Positions 1 through 8,860 of a DNA stretch of 64,000 nt are shown in pieces. Origin of the DNA: Methanomassiliicoccaceae archaeon UBA381 (GTDB lineage: Archaea; Thermoplasmatota; Thermoplasmata; Methanomassiliicoccales; Methanomethylophilaceae); the NCBI GenBank assembly GCA_002502965.1, contig DAQS01000006.1:77552-141551 (forward strand), read 5' to 3'. Every line of letters starts with the position of its first letter. The stretch's first letter is position 1. Below the pieces are notes generated by a model. That model saw only the letters and a list, made by a program, of their open reading frames with translations. It did no database searches and was not told the origin of the DNA. The position numbers and the translations under genes were made by a program.

Positions 1-1257
1 GAACGCCTTTGTTCCTTTGAACACGGCCTCGGAGCCCAGCTCCTCCTCTATCCTTAGCAGTCTGTTATATTTCGCGGTGCGCTCGCCTCTGGCGGGCGCC
101 CCGGTCTTTATCTGCCCGGTGCCCCAACCGACGGAAAGGTCCGCTATGCTGGAATCCTCTGACTCGCCGGAGCGATGGGACACCACCACGGAGTAGCCGT
201 TGCTGAAGCTCATCTCCGCCGCCTCCCCTGCCTCGGTGACCGTGCCTATCTGATTGACCTTGAGCAGCAGCGAATTGGCCGACCCGCAGGCTATCCCTCT
301 GCCGAGGCGCTCGGTGTTGGTGACGAACAGGTCATCTCCTACGACCTGGACCTTGGAGCCTATCTTCTTCGTCAGGGCCGCCGTCGTCTCGAAATCATCC
401 TCGGAGAACGGGTCCTCCAGGCTTATGAGCGGAAAATCCCTGGTCAGTCCTACGTAATGATCCGCCAGCTCTCCCGGGGACAGCTTCAGGCCGTCTACCT
501 CATAGACGCCGTTAGAGAAGAATTCGCTGGATGCCGCATCGAGCGCCATGAAGACATCTTTACCGGGAACGTAGCCCGCGGCGGATATCGCATCGGATAT
601 AACGCCCATTGCCTCGGCGGACGTGTTGAGCGGCGGGGCGAAACCGCCCTCATCCCCAAGGTTGACGGAGGATGTGCCGTATCTCTTGCCGAGCATGGAC
701 TTCAGGGACATATAGACCTCGGAGGACATGCGGAGGCAGTCGGAGAAGGTCTTGGCACCTGCGGGTATTATCATGAATTCCTGTATCTTCAGGTTGCTTC
801 CCGCGTGCTTCCCGCCGTTGATTATGTTCAGCATGGGCACTGGAAGCGTCCTTCCATCTTTGCCGATGTGCCTGTAAAGAGGCACCATCTCCGCACCGGC
901 ACCCGCTCTGGCCACCGCAAGAGAGACCGCGATTATGGCGTTGGCCCCGAGCCTGCTCTTGTTGGGAGTACCGTCAAGCTCTATCATGGACCTGTCGACG
1001 GATTCCTGGTCGGAGACATCCATGCCGGTTATGCATGACGCTATCTCCCCGCGTACGTTGGAAACCGCTTTCATGACACCTTTCCCGCCGTACCTGCTGC
1101 CTCCGTCCCTCATCTCGTGGGCCTCCCATGTACCGGTGGAAGCTCCGGACGGCGCTATGGCTGTTATCCTGTGGCCCTTCACGGTCACCTCTGCCTCTAC
1201 AGTGGGATTGCCCCTGGAATCCAGCACCTCTCTCGCCCATACTCTCTCTATCTTCAT
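1..1257 (-). CDS. eno: Enolase (phosphopyruvate hydratase); the 3' end of the gene runs off the window start
   Basis: Not in the supplied ORF track because there is no in-window stop. The minus strand from the ATG at 1257-1255 reads MKIERVWAREVLDSRGNPTVEAEVTV. Near the window edge it reads SHRSGESEDSSIADLSVGWGTGQIKTGAPARGERTAKYNRLLRIEEELG. These are the canonical enolase N-terminus and C-terminal signature. Confidence 0.93.
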   Translation of the reverse strand, partial: MKIERVWAREVLDSRGNPTVEAEVTVKGHRITAIAPSGASTGTWEAHEMRDGGSRYGGKGVMKAVSNVRGEIASCITGMDVSDQESVDRSMIELDGTPNKSRLGANAIIAVSLAVARAGAGAEMVPLYRHIGKDGRTLPVPMLNIINGGKHAGSNLKIQEFMIIPAGAKTFSDCLRMSSEVYMSLKSMLGKRYGTSSVNLGDEGGFAPPLNTSAEAMGVISDAISAAGYVPGKDVFMALDAASSEFFSNGVYEVDGLKLSPGELADHYVGLTRDFPLISLEDPFSEDDFETTAALTKKIGSKVQVVGDDLFVTNTERLGRGIACGSANSLLLKVNQIGTVTEAGEAAEMSFSNGYSVVVSHRSGESEDSSIADLSVGWGTGQIKTGAPARGERTAKYNRLLRIEEELGSEAVFKGTKAF

Positions 1258-1261
1258 CGTA

Positions 1262-2152
1262 TCACGCTCGGGTTTCCTTGTAAAGCTCCATGTTCTTCAG
1301 CAGAAGATCCTTGTCCTTGTCCGTGAAACTGGACTCGGGTGCCGATATTATCACGGAGGACGTCTTCTTTGCGCCTCCGTTTATCAATTGGTATATCATG
1401 GTCAGCACACCGTTGAGGCTGTTGGCCTCTATGAGTGGCTGAAGATTATCGAGGATCACCACAGGCTTGGTGTTCTGATCTATGAACTCGACCATACTGG
1501 CCATCAGAGTTCCGAGTTTGGACATCTCGATATAGCCGGCTTTCAGCCTGGAGGACAGCCCAAGGATCCTCATGGTCTCTCCTCCGATCTTGTCATTGAC
1601 ATACTTCACGCTTTCCGCGGTGACCACCATCACGTCGCATCCCTTCACCTGAAGGGCGTGCGCCATCATATAGACTAGGGACGGCTCGTTCTCGAAGACA
1701 ACGTATGACCTTCCGAAATGGATCTCTGCCTCATGAGCGTCCTCGGACTCCGGCTTCTTATGCCCGAACAGCTTGAATTTCGTCTTCTTCTTCTTGGCCG
1801 CCGCAGCCTCGCCCAGGGTCATACCCCGGACGTTGTCGATTATGTCCACGCTCCTGAACGGTTTCTGTATGTGGCCGTAGACCAGGGGGGAGTCCTTCGG
1901 CAGTTTCTCTTTACCACTCGTGAGTATAAGCACCTTGATGCCGGACTTTGGATCCAGCTCGTCCAGGAAGGGAAGTGAGCTCTCGCCGTTGACGACGGAG
2001 TCCAAAAGTATCCCGTTGGGCTTAAAGGATGAAAGTTTCGAGCGGGCCTCCTCAATGGACCCTGCTATCTCTGTTACGTAACCATCTACGCCCAATATCT
2101 CGGCGATGATCTCCTGTATCGCCTCGTTATCGTCAATTACCAGAACCTTCAT
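1262..2152 (-). CDS. CheY-like receiver domain fused to a DUF835-like C-terminal domain
   Basis: ORF 1262..2185. The internal ATG at 2152 gives MKVLVIDDNEAIQEII, a receiver domain. A Lys-rich linker follows, then about 170 aa (VVFENEPSLVY...VVILDNLQPLIEANS) resembling archaeal DUF835 (from memory). The stop lies 4 nt before the enolase start. Confidence 0.75.
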   Translation of the reverse strand: MKVLVIDDNEAIQEIIAEILGVDGYVTEIAGSIEEARSKLSSFKPNGILLDSVVNGESSLPFLDELDPKSGIKVLILTSGKEKLPKDSPLVYGHIQKPFRSVDIIDNVRGMTLGEAAAAKKKKTKFKLFGHKKPESEDAHEAEIHFGRSYVVFENEPSLVYMMAHALQVKGCDVMVVTAESVKYVNDKIGGETMRILGLSSRLKAGYIEMSKLGTLMASMVEFIDQNTKPVVILDNLQPLIEANSLNGVLTMIYQLINGGAKKTSSVIISAPESSFTDKDKDLLLKNMELYKETRA

Positions 2153-2255
2153 CCTAACTCTCCCCAGGATGTCCAATCCGTCCACGTCTTCGGAGTATAA
2201 AACCGCTTAGCCGTGCAACGGACCGTACAAAGCGCGGAGAGGGAAATAGGCTAGC

Positions 2256-2405
2256 TTACTGCTTCCTGCTTTCCCTCGCCTTGGGCCTGAGGTTGCTGTA
2301 CCCGCATTTGCGGCACCTGCTGGCGTTCTTTGGGTTCGTGGCGTAGCAGCTCATACAAACCGATTTGTCGAGAAGTCTGCTCTCTGCCTCTTTGAAGCGT
2401 GCCAT
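2256..2405 (-). CDS. rpl40e: 50S ribosomal protein L40e
   Basis: 49-aa ORF, too short for the ORF track. My translation is [49 protein letters not shown], with the CxxC...CxxC zinc ribbon typical of archaeal L40e. Confidence 0.88.
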   Translation of the reverse strand: MARFKEAESRLLDKSVCMSCYATNPKNASRCRKCGYSNLRPKARESRKQ

Positions 2406-2570
2406 TCCTGTTCCTCTGGGGTGTCCAATAATGACCTATTATAAATATGATTCGACAGAGGCGAACAGCGGGAGAACCCTTTCGGGACTGGACAGCCCGG
2501 AAGGCTCCGCATGAACGGCCGCTGCCGGGCAGGCAAAGGGGTATTAACCCGCTCCGCCGATTCGTACAGT

Positions 2571-3002
2571 ATGGAAGTAGCTTACCTCAACAAACTTTAC
2601 GATGAGGGCTACGATTGCGCCCAATGCGTCGTTTTCGCGATGAAGGACAGGATAGATGTCGACAACTTCGACAAGCTGATGCGGTCCGTATCCTGTCTGG
2701 GGATGGGACTATTGGAGGGCAGCGCCTGCGGAGCTGTCCTGGCCGCTTACGTGATAATCGGCCTCAAATACGGGAACGACAAGCCTGACTTCTCCGCCAA
2801 AGGGCTCGCCCTGATCAAGAAGGAGCAGTTCATGGCAGATCTCAGGAAGAAGTACGGGAGAGGGATCTCGTGCCCCGAGCTCATGGGCCTGGATATAAGA
2901 AAGGAAGAGGACAACCTCATAGCACAGAGGGATAATGTCTATACCGAATTCTGTCCCGGGCTCTGCCTGGACGTTATATCTGCACTGGAAAAGGTGCTAT
3001 AG
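2571..3002 (+). CDS. C_GCAxxG_C_C family redox-like protein
   Basis: ATG at 2571 (MEVAYLNKLYDEGYDCAQCVV). The Cys pattern CAQC / SACGAV / SCPEL / FCPGLC matches the family. TAG stop. Confidence 0.7.
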   Translation: MEVAYLNKLYDEGYDCAQCVVFAMKDRIDVDNFDKLMRSVSCLGMGLLEGSACGAVLAAYVIIGLKYGNDKPDFSAKGLALIKKEQFMADLRKKYGRGISCPELMGLDIRKEEDNLIAQRDNVYTEFCPGLCLDVISALEKVL

Positions 3003-3031
3003 GGTTTGATTAAAACGTTTGGATTGCGCCG

Positions 3032-3265
3032 TCACCTCTTCCTTGCGACTATGTAAACGGTCACGGAGATCATCATTGCGCTCATGAGAAGGGCCGCCGC
3101 GTTGATGACGCCTGCCCCTCCGGTTATCAGGTCCGAGGCCGTAGCCAGGACGAAGACGACCAAAAGAGTGAGTGCCAGCATCAGGGCTACGCCCAATATG
3201 AGCATCAGAAGAAGGACCAATCCGTCCTCTATCTTATTATCCATGCATCCATCCTCCTGTCCCAC
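3032..3265 (-). CDS. Small hydrophobic membrane protein, unknown function
   Basis: 77-aa ORF with two long hydrophobic stretches. No family recognised. Confidence 0.4.
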   Translation of the reverse strand: MGQEDGCMDNKIEDGLVLLLMLILGVALMLALTLLVVFVLATASDLITGGAGVINAAALLMSAMMISVTVYIVARKR

Positions 3266-3295
3266 AGCACGTATTCGGCGGATATAAACATAGTG

Positions 3296-4252
3296 TCATC
3301 CAAAGAGGGATCTCTGGCATATGAAGTCCGATATCATCCTTTCCGGGTCCACAGTCTTCATCTCGTGGGTCACCGTATCGGGACGGACAGCCTCCACCAA
3401 CTCCCTGACCCTCGGGGATGTGAAGGGGTCGTGGCTGTCGGAACCGTAGATGCGATCGTAAGCGGCGAATATCCTGTCCTCCCTACCGGCTGGGACCTCA
3501 CCGCCGTTGCGGTGGGATCTCATGAACTCCGCCGAGGTATTGAGATGCAAATGCATTGCGCCTATCCTGTCGACCATATCTTCAGGATAGGAGTCGATGG
3601 TCCTGAGCAGAAGGTCTATCGCCTCTTCCTCGGTACGGACCCCTCCCAGAGACACCAGCAGATGGCCGGTATCCAGGCACAGCCCCCAATCTTCGAATTC
3701 CAGTTCCTTCTCCAAGACCCTGTACCCGGCCGCATCTGTCATCCTGAGCCCGGGCCACCAAAGGTTCTCGAAGAGGATCCTCATGGGAGGCTCGCCTCCG
3801 AGACGGGAGACGGCATCGTTCACGACCTCCGTCAGCGCTTTTAGGACGTCCGTGTCGCTGTCCGACTGCTCCCTTATGAGGAGATCGTCCGTGTTGGCGT
3901 TGCCTGCGTGGAGAACGGCGTAATCGGGCTCCAGGCTCGAAGCTTGGGATATGCATTCCCTCACCGCGTCGCATATACCTTCCCTGGACCTGCCGTAGAA
4001 CATATGACGGATCGTATCCTCTGGCACATTCTCTTCAACGTACAATCTGCCAGACCATACTCCATACCAATCGGTGGCGTAAGGCAGATGGACCGCCTCT
4101 GTGAGAAGAGCTGTATCCCGAGGCACTGGTTGATACCCTGTGAGAAGCTCTATACCGTCTGCACCCGCAGCCATGAGCCTTTGGGCTGCAGTGCCCTCCC
4201 CCGGTATGTCAGCGACAGTGCCGTATATTGTGTAACCGAGAAGGTGCTTCAT
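3296..4252 (-). CDS. Sugar phosphate isomerase/epimerase-like TIM-barrel protein (xylose isomerase-like / AP endonuclease 2 fold)
   Basis: 318 aa. Segments VLHAGN, RILFENL, CLDTGHLL and MHLHLN are typical of this fold. Confidence 0.65.
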   Translation of the reverse strand: MKHLLGYTIYGTVADIPGEGTAAQRLMAAGADGIELLTGYQPVPRDTALLTEAVHLPYATDWYGVWSGRLYVEENVPEDTIRHMFYGRSREGICDAVRECISQASSLEPDYAVLHAGNANTDDLLIREQSDSDTDVLKALTEVVNDAVSRLGGEPPMRILFENLWWPGLRMTDAAGYRVLEKELEFEDWGLCLDTGHLLVSLGGVRTEEEAIDLLLRTIDSYPEDMVDRIGAMHLHLNTSAEFMRSHRNGGEVPAGREDRIFAAYDRIYGSDSHDPFTSPRVRELVEAVRPDTVTHEMKTVDPERMISDFICQRSLFG

Positions 4253-4253
4253 A

Positions 4254-4838
4254 TCAGAACAGTTGGAACGCGGCCATGAGGGCGGCGTTCACGGCAGTAT
4301 GACTGTCTTGCGCGCTGCCCACGATGATCGCGTCATTGGGCCCCATGTCGGTGGTGCTCCGTATCCTGTCAGCTATATCGGGGCGCTCGATATCCAGATT
4401 CCAGTCCGGAGGTATCTGCAGCACTCCGTCCCTCATCACCACTGTGGTGCAGCCGCAGGCGCCGACCCTGATGCCGACATCCCGCTGCTGCATGCCGTTC
4501 TCTACCTTGCTCCCCACACCGTAGACCAGTACGGCCTGCTGGTACTTCCCGACCACGGCATCTCCCATGTCCACGTCGATGACTTTTATCGGAAGCTCTG
4601 CTAGGAACCCCAGACCGGAACGGGTTATGGTTATGCCCGTCTGGTGGATGGAGATCATGTCCCAGTCCCGGAGGGTCTCCACGATCCTTCGCACACTGCC
4701 CTCTCCGATGCCCAGCAGCTCTGCCAGGCGCTTTCTGCCCATCCTCTTCCCGTCGGAGAGGATGTGCAGTGCCCAGTAGACATCCGCATCGTTGAAGCGG
4801 AACATGGGACCGTAATCCGGTATGCTTATGATCTTCAT
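4254..4838 (-). CDS. DUF4443-like protein with an N-terminal winged-helix segment; putative regulator
   Basis: 194 aa. Contains GRKRLAELLGIGEGSVRRIVETL. It aligns by eye with the first two thirds of ORF 47860..48837 (FND..W, GRK.LA...G.GEGS.R, QRD, TT motifs). It starts 4 nt after the SAM synthetase stop. Confidence 0.6.
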   Translation of the reverse strand: MKIISIPDYGPMFRFNDADVYWALHILSDGKRMGRKRLAELLGIGEGSVRRIVETLRDWDMISIHQTGITITRSGLGFLAELPIKVIDVDMGDAVVGKYQQAVLVYGVGSKVENGMQQRDVGIRVGACGCTTVVMRDGVLQIPPDWNLDIERPDIADRIRSTTDMGPNDAIIVGSAQDSHTAVNAALMAAFQLF

Positions 4839-4842
4839 TCTA

Positions 4843-6060
4843 TCAGAATGTGCATGCTTTTCCGGATATTATAAGGTCTGTTATCCTGTCAACGTTGCTC
4901 AGCCACTCGTTGGCTATCTCCTTCGCTTCGGCTTCCCAGGACTTCATCTTGGGTTCCTTCCGGTCAGTCACGAGCTGCACACTGCAGTTCAGAGGCTGGC
5001 TCACAGGCTTCCCTATCTGGGACAGTATCCTGACGCGCACCTCCACATCGGAGGTGACCTTCTTCGCTATGTCCTCTGCCATGCGGAGGGACATTATGTT
5101 GTAGATCTTCCCTATGTGGGTGACCGGGTTCTTTCCGGAGGTCGCCTCCATGGACATTGGCCTGTAAGGCGTTATCAGCCCGTTGGCTCTGTTGCCCCTT
5201 CCCACGGATCCGTCGTCCCCCATCTCTTGGGAAAGGCCGGTACAGGTGAGATAGTACACGCCGCGATCATAGTCATCGCCGGTGTTGACCTCCAGATTCA
5301 GTGTCACATCCTCGCCGTCGATTATGTCGAGGGCGTTCTGGTAGATCCTGTCCTTAAGCTGCTCGACGGCGGATTTGTAGTGATCCGCATCGTCAATGTA
5401 CTTGTCCACCATGGCGCAGGCCACGGTGAGTGTGATGTCCTTATCGACCCTGGATGCCATGACCTTTACGTCCTGGCCTGACTCCTTAAGACTGCTCTTG
5501 AGCTTTCCGTTGATGAACTTCTCGGTATCGAAGACGACCTTGTCCGTTATGGAGTAGGGTGCGTAACCGACTCCGAAGGATGTGTCGTTGGCGAGGATCT
5601 TGGAGGTCTGGTAGACTCCCATGAGATCGTCGGATCCCTGTCCGAGCTTCACGTCCATTATGATATCGGAGTCCATATCGACATTGGGGAAGGTGTTCCT
5701 CATGTACGTCCTTGCAGCCTTCAGGGCCGTGGCCGCACAGGGAAGCTCCCTGAGGCCTTTCTCCTCTGCAATAAAGGTTGTGGCGCGTCCTACGAGAAGA
5801 ATATACGCAGGAGATATTACATTCCCGCCGCCGAACTTGGGCGCCGACATACCGGCGACTATCTGAGTCTCATCGGTGTTGTGGTGCAGTATGGTCCCGA
5901 ATTCCTTCTTGTACATCCTGCACAGGGATCTGGACACTTCCTCTGCCAGGGCATCCGCGACGCTGTCCGGGTGACCTATTCCTTTCCTCTCGACCAACTC
6001 TATCTTACCTTTGGGCGTGGGCAATTCGTTTATGCCCTCTACGTAAATGTTCTTGCTCAT
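4843..6060 (-). CDS. mat: Archaeal-type S-adenosylmethionine synthetase
   Basis: 405 aa. VERKGIGHPDSVADALAEEVSR and LHHNTDETQIVAG are hallmarks of the archaeal MAT family. Confidence 0.95.
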   Translation of the reverse strand: MSKNIYVEGINELPTPKGKIELVERKGIGHPDSVADALAEEVSRSLCRMYKKEFGTILHHNTDETQIVAGMSAPKFGGGNVISPAYILLVGRATTFIAEEKGLRELPCAATALKAARTYMRNTFPNVDMDSDIIMDVKLGQGSDDLMGVYQTSKILANDTSFGVGYAPYSITDKVVFDTEKFINGKLKSSLKESGQDVKVMASRVDKDITLTVACAMVDKYIDDADHYKSAVEQLKDRIYQNALDIIDGEDVTLNLEVNTGDDYDRGVYYLTCTGLSQEMGDDGSVGRGNRANGLITPYRPMSMEATSGKNPVTHIGKIYNIMSLRMAEDIAKKVTSDVEVRVRILSQIGKPVSQPLNCSVQLVTDRKEPKMKSWEAEAKEIANEWLSNVDRITDLIISGKACTF

Positions 6061-6165
6061 ATGTCTTCAAGCCTCCGAGACAGGTTATTAAGGAAGGCAG
6101 ATTCTACCAGTAAATAAAGGAGATTGCGACAAATATTCATATATGAATTTTACAATCCTTCCTGC

Positions 6166-6729
6166 ATGAGATTCCCCCCGACGTCCGAGATCAGGAAGAT
6201 GAGGAAGACCCTGGATCTGACACAGACTCAGCTGGCCGCTGCATCCGGGGTCAGCCAGAGCACTATAGCCAAGATAGAGAAGAATACCATATCCGCAGGG
6301 TATGACACGATCGTCAAGCTTTTCGAGACCATGGAGGCGATGAAGGACGACGACGGGAAGGGGCTCACAGCGGCGGAGATAGCATCCAAAGGAGTCGTAT
6401 CCATCCAATCCGGTGAGCACGTCAAGGCGGCCTCGGATCTCATGAAGTCCACCGGCTTCTCTCAGGTCCCTGTTCTGAGCGGGGAGCTACCCGTCGGCAG
6501 TATATCTGAAAAATCGATACTGGGTCTTCTCAGGCAGGGGCTGACGATGGATGAGCTGTCTAACACGACCATATCCAAGGTCATGTCCGATCCTTACCCG
6601 CTTGTCTCCGAGACCACTCCTCTGGCAACGATAACTGCCATGATAAGCGGCTGTGACGCCATATTGGTCTCAAGGAAGGGATCGGTCATAGGTATAATAA
6701 CCAACGCCGATATGCTCAAACTGATCTGA
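6166..6729 (+). CDS. XRE-type HTH plus tandem CBS-domain transcriptional regulator
   Basis: The track ORF begins at a TTG at 6124. The ATG at 6166 gives MRFPPTSEIRKMRKTLDLTQTQLAAASGVSQSTIAKIEK (an HTH), followed by a CBS pair (VVSIQSGEHV...GIITNADMLKLI). It is divergent from the SAM synthetase gene. Confidence 0.85.
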   Translation: MRFPPTSEIRKMRKTLDLTQTQLAAASGVSQSTIAKIEKNTISAGYDTIVKLFETMEAMKDDDGKGLTAAEIASKGVVSIQSGEHVKAASDLMKSTGFSQVPVLSGELPVGSISEKSILGLLRQGLTMDELSNTTISKVMSDPYPLVSETTPLATITAMISGCDAILVSRKGSVIGIITNADMLKLI

Positions 6730-7624
6730 TGCTGGTCGCGGACACCTGGTACATATCCATATCCCTGGCGGCGACGGTGTTGGGGAAAATGGATCTGGCC
6801 TCTTCCTCTGGCAGGGAAAGGTCCTCATAGCGGTTGCTGATGTGCACCAGAACGAGCATCCCGACTTCAGATGCCTTGGCTATGCCGGCGGCCTGCAGGG
6901 CGGTGGAATGCATGTGGGCCTCCGCCAGCTCCGCACTTTCCGCCATGAACGTAGCCTCATGTATCAGCATGTCCGCTCCGGATGCGGCCTCCCTCACGCT
7001 TTCGCAAGGGCGGGTGTCGCCGGATATGACCACTTTGGCGCCCCTCCTTACCGGACCAGTGACTGTCTCAGGCGTGACGCCTTTGACCGTGATGCCGTCT
7101 TTTATAAGTGCCAGATCCTTCGGTTCCAAGCCTAGGCTCTCGGCCTTCCTCCGGTTTATCTTCCCGGGCAGGCTTTCCTCCTCCATCGCATATGCCAGGG
7201 ATGCCGTTCCGTGATCGGATCCCACCGCAGTCACGCTGTATCCTTTGCCTTTGAAAACGAAGCCAGGCTCCGCCTCCTCCACCACTATGGGGTACTGGAT
7301 CTCACCTTCACAGGAATCCATGAGCATCCCGATCGAAGATGCTGTCCCCTTCGGCCCGTGTACGAAAACGGGATCCTTCCTGCCCGAGAGGCCCATTGTC
7401 TGAAGGAGCCCCGGGACACCCATTATGTGGTCGCCGTGCAGATGGGTGAGGAAGATCGCTCTGATCTTCATGAAAGAGAACGGGGAGATCATAAGCTGTC
7501 TCTGAGTCCCCTCCCCGCAATCGAACAGCAGAACATCCCCGCCATGCTTGGCGGCAACGCACGGAAGGGATTTCTTCCTGGACGGGGTGCTCGCAGCGGT
7601 CCCCAAGAAAAGAACCTCGATCAT
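6716..7624 (-). CDS. rnz: Ribonuclease Z (tRNA 3' endonuclease)
   Basis: 302 aa. Metallo-beta-lactamase motif LTHLHGDHIMG and the N-terminus MIEVLFLGTAASTPS. Confidence 0.9.
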   Translation of the reverse strand: MIEVLFLGTAASTPSRKKSLPCVAAKHGGDVLLFDCGEGTQRQLMISPFSFMKIRAIFLTHLHGDHIMGVPGLLQTMGLSGRKDPVFVHGPKGTASSIGMLMDSCEGEIQYPIVVEEAEPGFVFKGKGYSVTAVGSDHGTASLAYAMEEESLPGKINRRKAESLGLEPKDLALIKDGITVKGVTPETVTGPVRRGAKVVISGDTRPCESVREAASGADMLIHEATFMAESAELAEAHMHSTALQAAGIAKASEVGMLVLVHISNRYEDLSLPEEEARSIFPNTVAARDMDMYQVSATSIRSV

Positions 7625-7627
7625 CTC

Positions 7628-7828
7628 TCAGCCCATGTAATCGGGGATGACGCCTTTTGTCTCCTTCTTCAGCTCCTTGTAGTGGGCCTTGCAGAGGTGG
7701 ACCTGCCTGATGCCATCGCTCTTGAGGGTGAGATCTGTCATCTCCACCTTCTTACCGGATACTGATCTCTCGGCCTTGGCCGTGCATCCCTGAACGTCGC
7801 ATATTTGCTCTGCGGAGTCTCTGCTCAT
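7628..7828 (-). CDS. Small Cys-containing protein, unknown function
   Basis: The internal ATG at 7828 of ORF 7628..7879 gives a 66-aa protein (MSRDSAEQICDVQGCTAKAERS...LCKAHYKELKK). Its stop lies 4 nt before the rnz start. Confidence 0.4.
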   Translation of the reverse strand: MSRDSAEQICDVQGCTAKAERSVSGKKVEMTDLTLKSDGIRQVHLCKAHYKELKKETKGVIPDYMG

Positions 7829-7980
7829 GATACGCCAATCCCGGAGAACGGATTTATTGTTTACTGATGACCTGCGCATTCTTCCCGTTCGCTATAGACG
7901 GGGGCGGGAACCTGAGATGCCCGTTGAAGCCGGGAGCGCGACTCCAAAGGTTAAATCCATGCAGGGTAATCGGTTCCGTC

Positions 7981-8637
7981 ATGACAAAGGTCTCTCCGTC
8001 TATGCTCTCCGCCGATTTCTCCAGGTTGGGAGAGGAGCTCCTCAGGGTGGAGCGGGCAGGTGCGGACTGGATCCACATAGACGTTATGGACGGGATGTTC
8101 GTGCCCAACATAACCGTAGGTCCGCTGGTTGTGGAGGCCCTCAGGCCCCTCAGCAAGATGGTCTTCGACGTGCACCTGATGATTGAGAAGCCCGTCCGTT
8201 ACGTTGACGCATTCGCCGATGCGGGGGCGGACATACTGACAGTGCACACGGAAGCGGAGGGCGAGATCAGAGAGGCCCTGAAGGCAATAAAGGACAGGGG
8301 GCTGAGAGCAGGTATATCGCTCAACCCCGGGACCCCTTTCTCCGCCGTGGAGAAATACCTTGACGAAGTGGACGTCCTTCTTGTGATGACCGTTCAGCCC
8401 GGGTTCGGAGGACAGAGCTTCAGAGAAGAGGGGCTGCCCAAGATCGCAGCGGCGGGCAGATACGCCGAAGAGAGCAACCCAGGACTGGAGATCTCCGTTG
8501 ACGGAGGGATCAACAGGGAGACCGGAAGAAGATGCGCCGAGGCGGGAGCCACCGTCCTGGCGGCGGGAAGCTATCTCTTCCGCCTGAAGGACATGGCCTC
8601 CGAGATATCTCTTTGGAAGACCTTCGGGAAAGATTAA
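7981..8637 (+). CDS. rpe: Ribulose-phosphate 3-epimerase
   Basis: The ATG at 7981 gives MTKVSPSMLSADFSRLGEELLRVERAGADWIHIDVMDGMFVPNIT, the canonical Rpe N-terminus. Confidence 0.92.
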   Translation: MTKVSPSMLSADFSRLGEELLRVERAGADWIHIDVMDGMFVPNITVGPLVVEALRPLSKMVFDVHLMIEKPVRYVDAFADAGADILTVHTEAEGEIREALKAIKDRGLRAGISLNPGTPFSAVEKYLDEVDVLLVMTVQPGFGGQSFREEGLPKIAAAGRYAEESNPGLEISVDGGINRETGRRCAEAGATVLAAGSYLFRLKDMASEISLWKTFGKD

Positions 8638-8663
8638 TCTAAGACCCAACCTTTTATGCGGTC

Positions 8664-8852
8664 ATGGCTAAGCTGTCCCTAAGGTCCGTCGTCTCCGGCG
8701 GATACCTGACAATCGCGATCTCCGTGCTGTTGCTGGCACTTCTTATTGTGTTCGTTGTGACCGATGTTCTCTATGCCGCATTCATATCTCTGATCCTTCT
8801 CTTCACTGTCGTGGCCATCGGCGCCGTAGGCATATCCGAGAAGGAAGGATAG
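8664..8852 (+). CDS. Small membrane protein, unknown function
   Basis: 62 aa with two hydrophobic helices. Confidence 0.4.
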   Translation: MAKLSLRSVVSGGYLTIAISVLLLALLIVFVVTDVLYAAFISLILLFTVVAIGAVGISEKEG

Positions 8853-8860
8853 GTGCCTTC

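Noticed and set aside
175-1678. Plus-strand ORFs 175..1038 (287 aa) and 935..1678 (247 aa)
   Set aside because: They are antisense to the clearly recognisable enolase and receiver-DUF835 genes. Their translations are low-complexity with no family resemblance, which is typical of a GC-rich third-position artefact.
2406-2570. GC-rich structured leader with CAGCCCGGAAGGCTC and CTGCCGGGCAG hairpins, superficially SRP-RNA-like
   Set aside because: At about 165 nt the region is too short for an archaeal 7S RNA and lacks the conserved domain IV motifs. It is more likely a 5' UTR of the C_GCAxxG gene. I could not support a riboswitch call.
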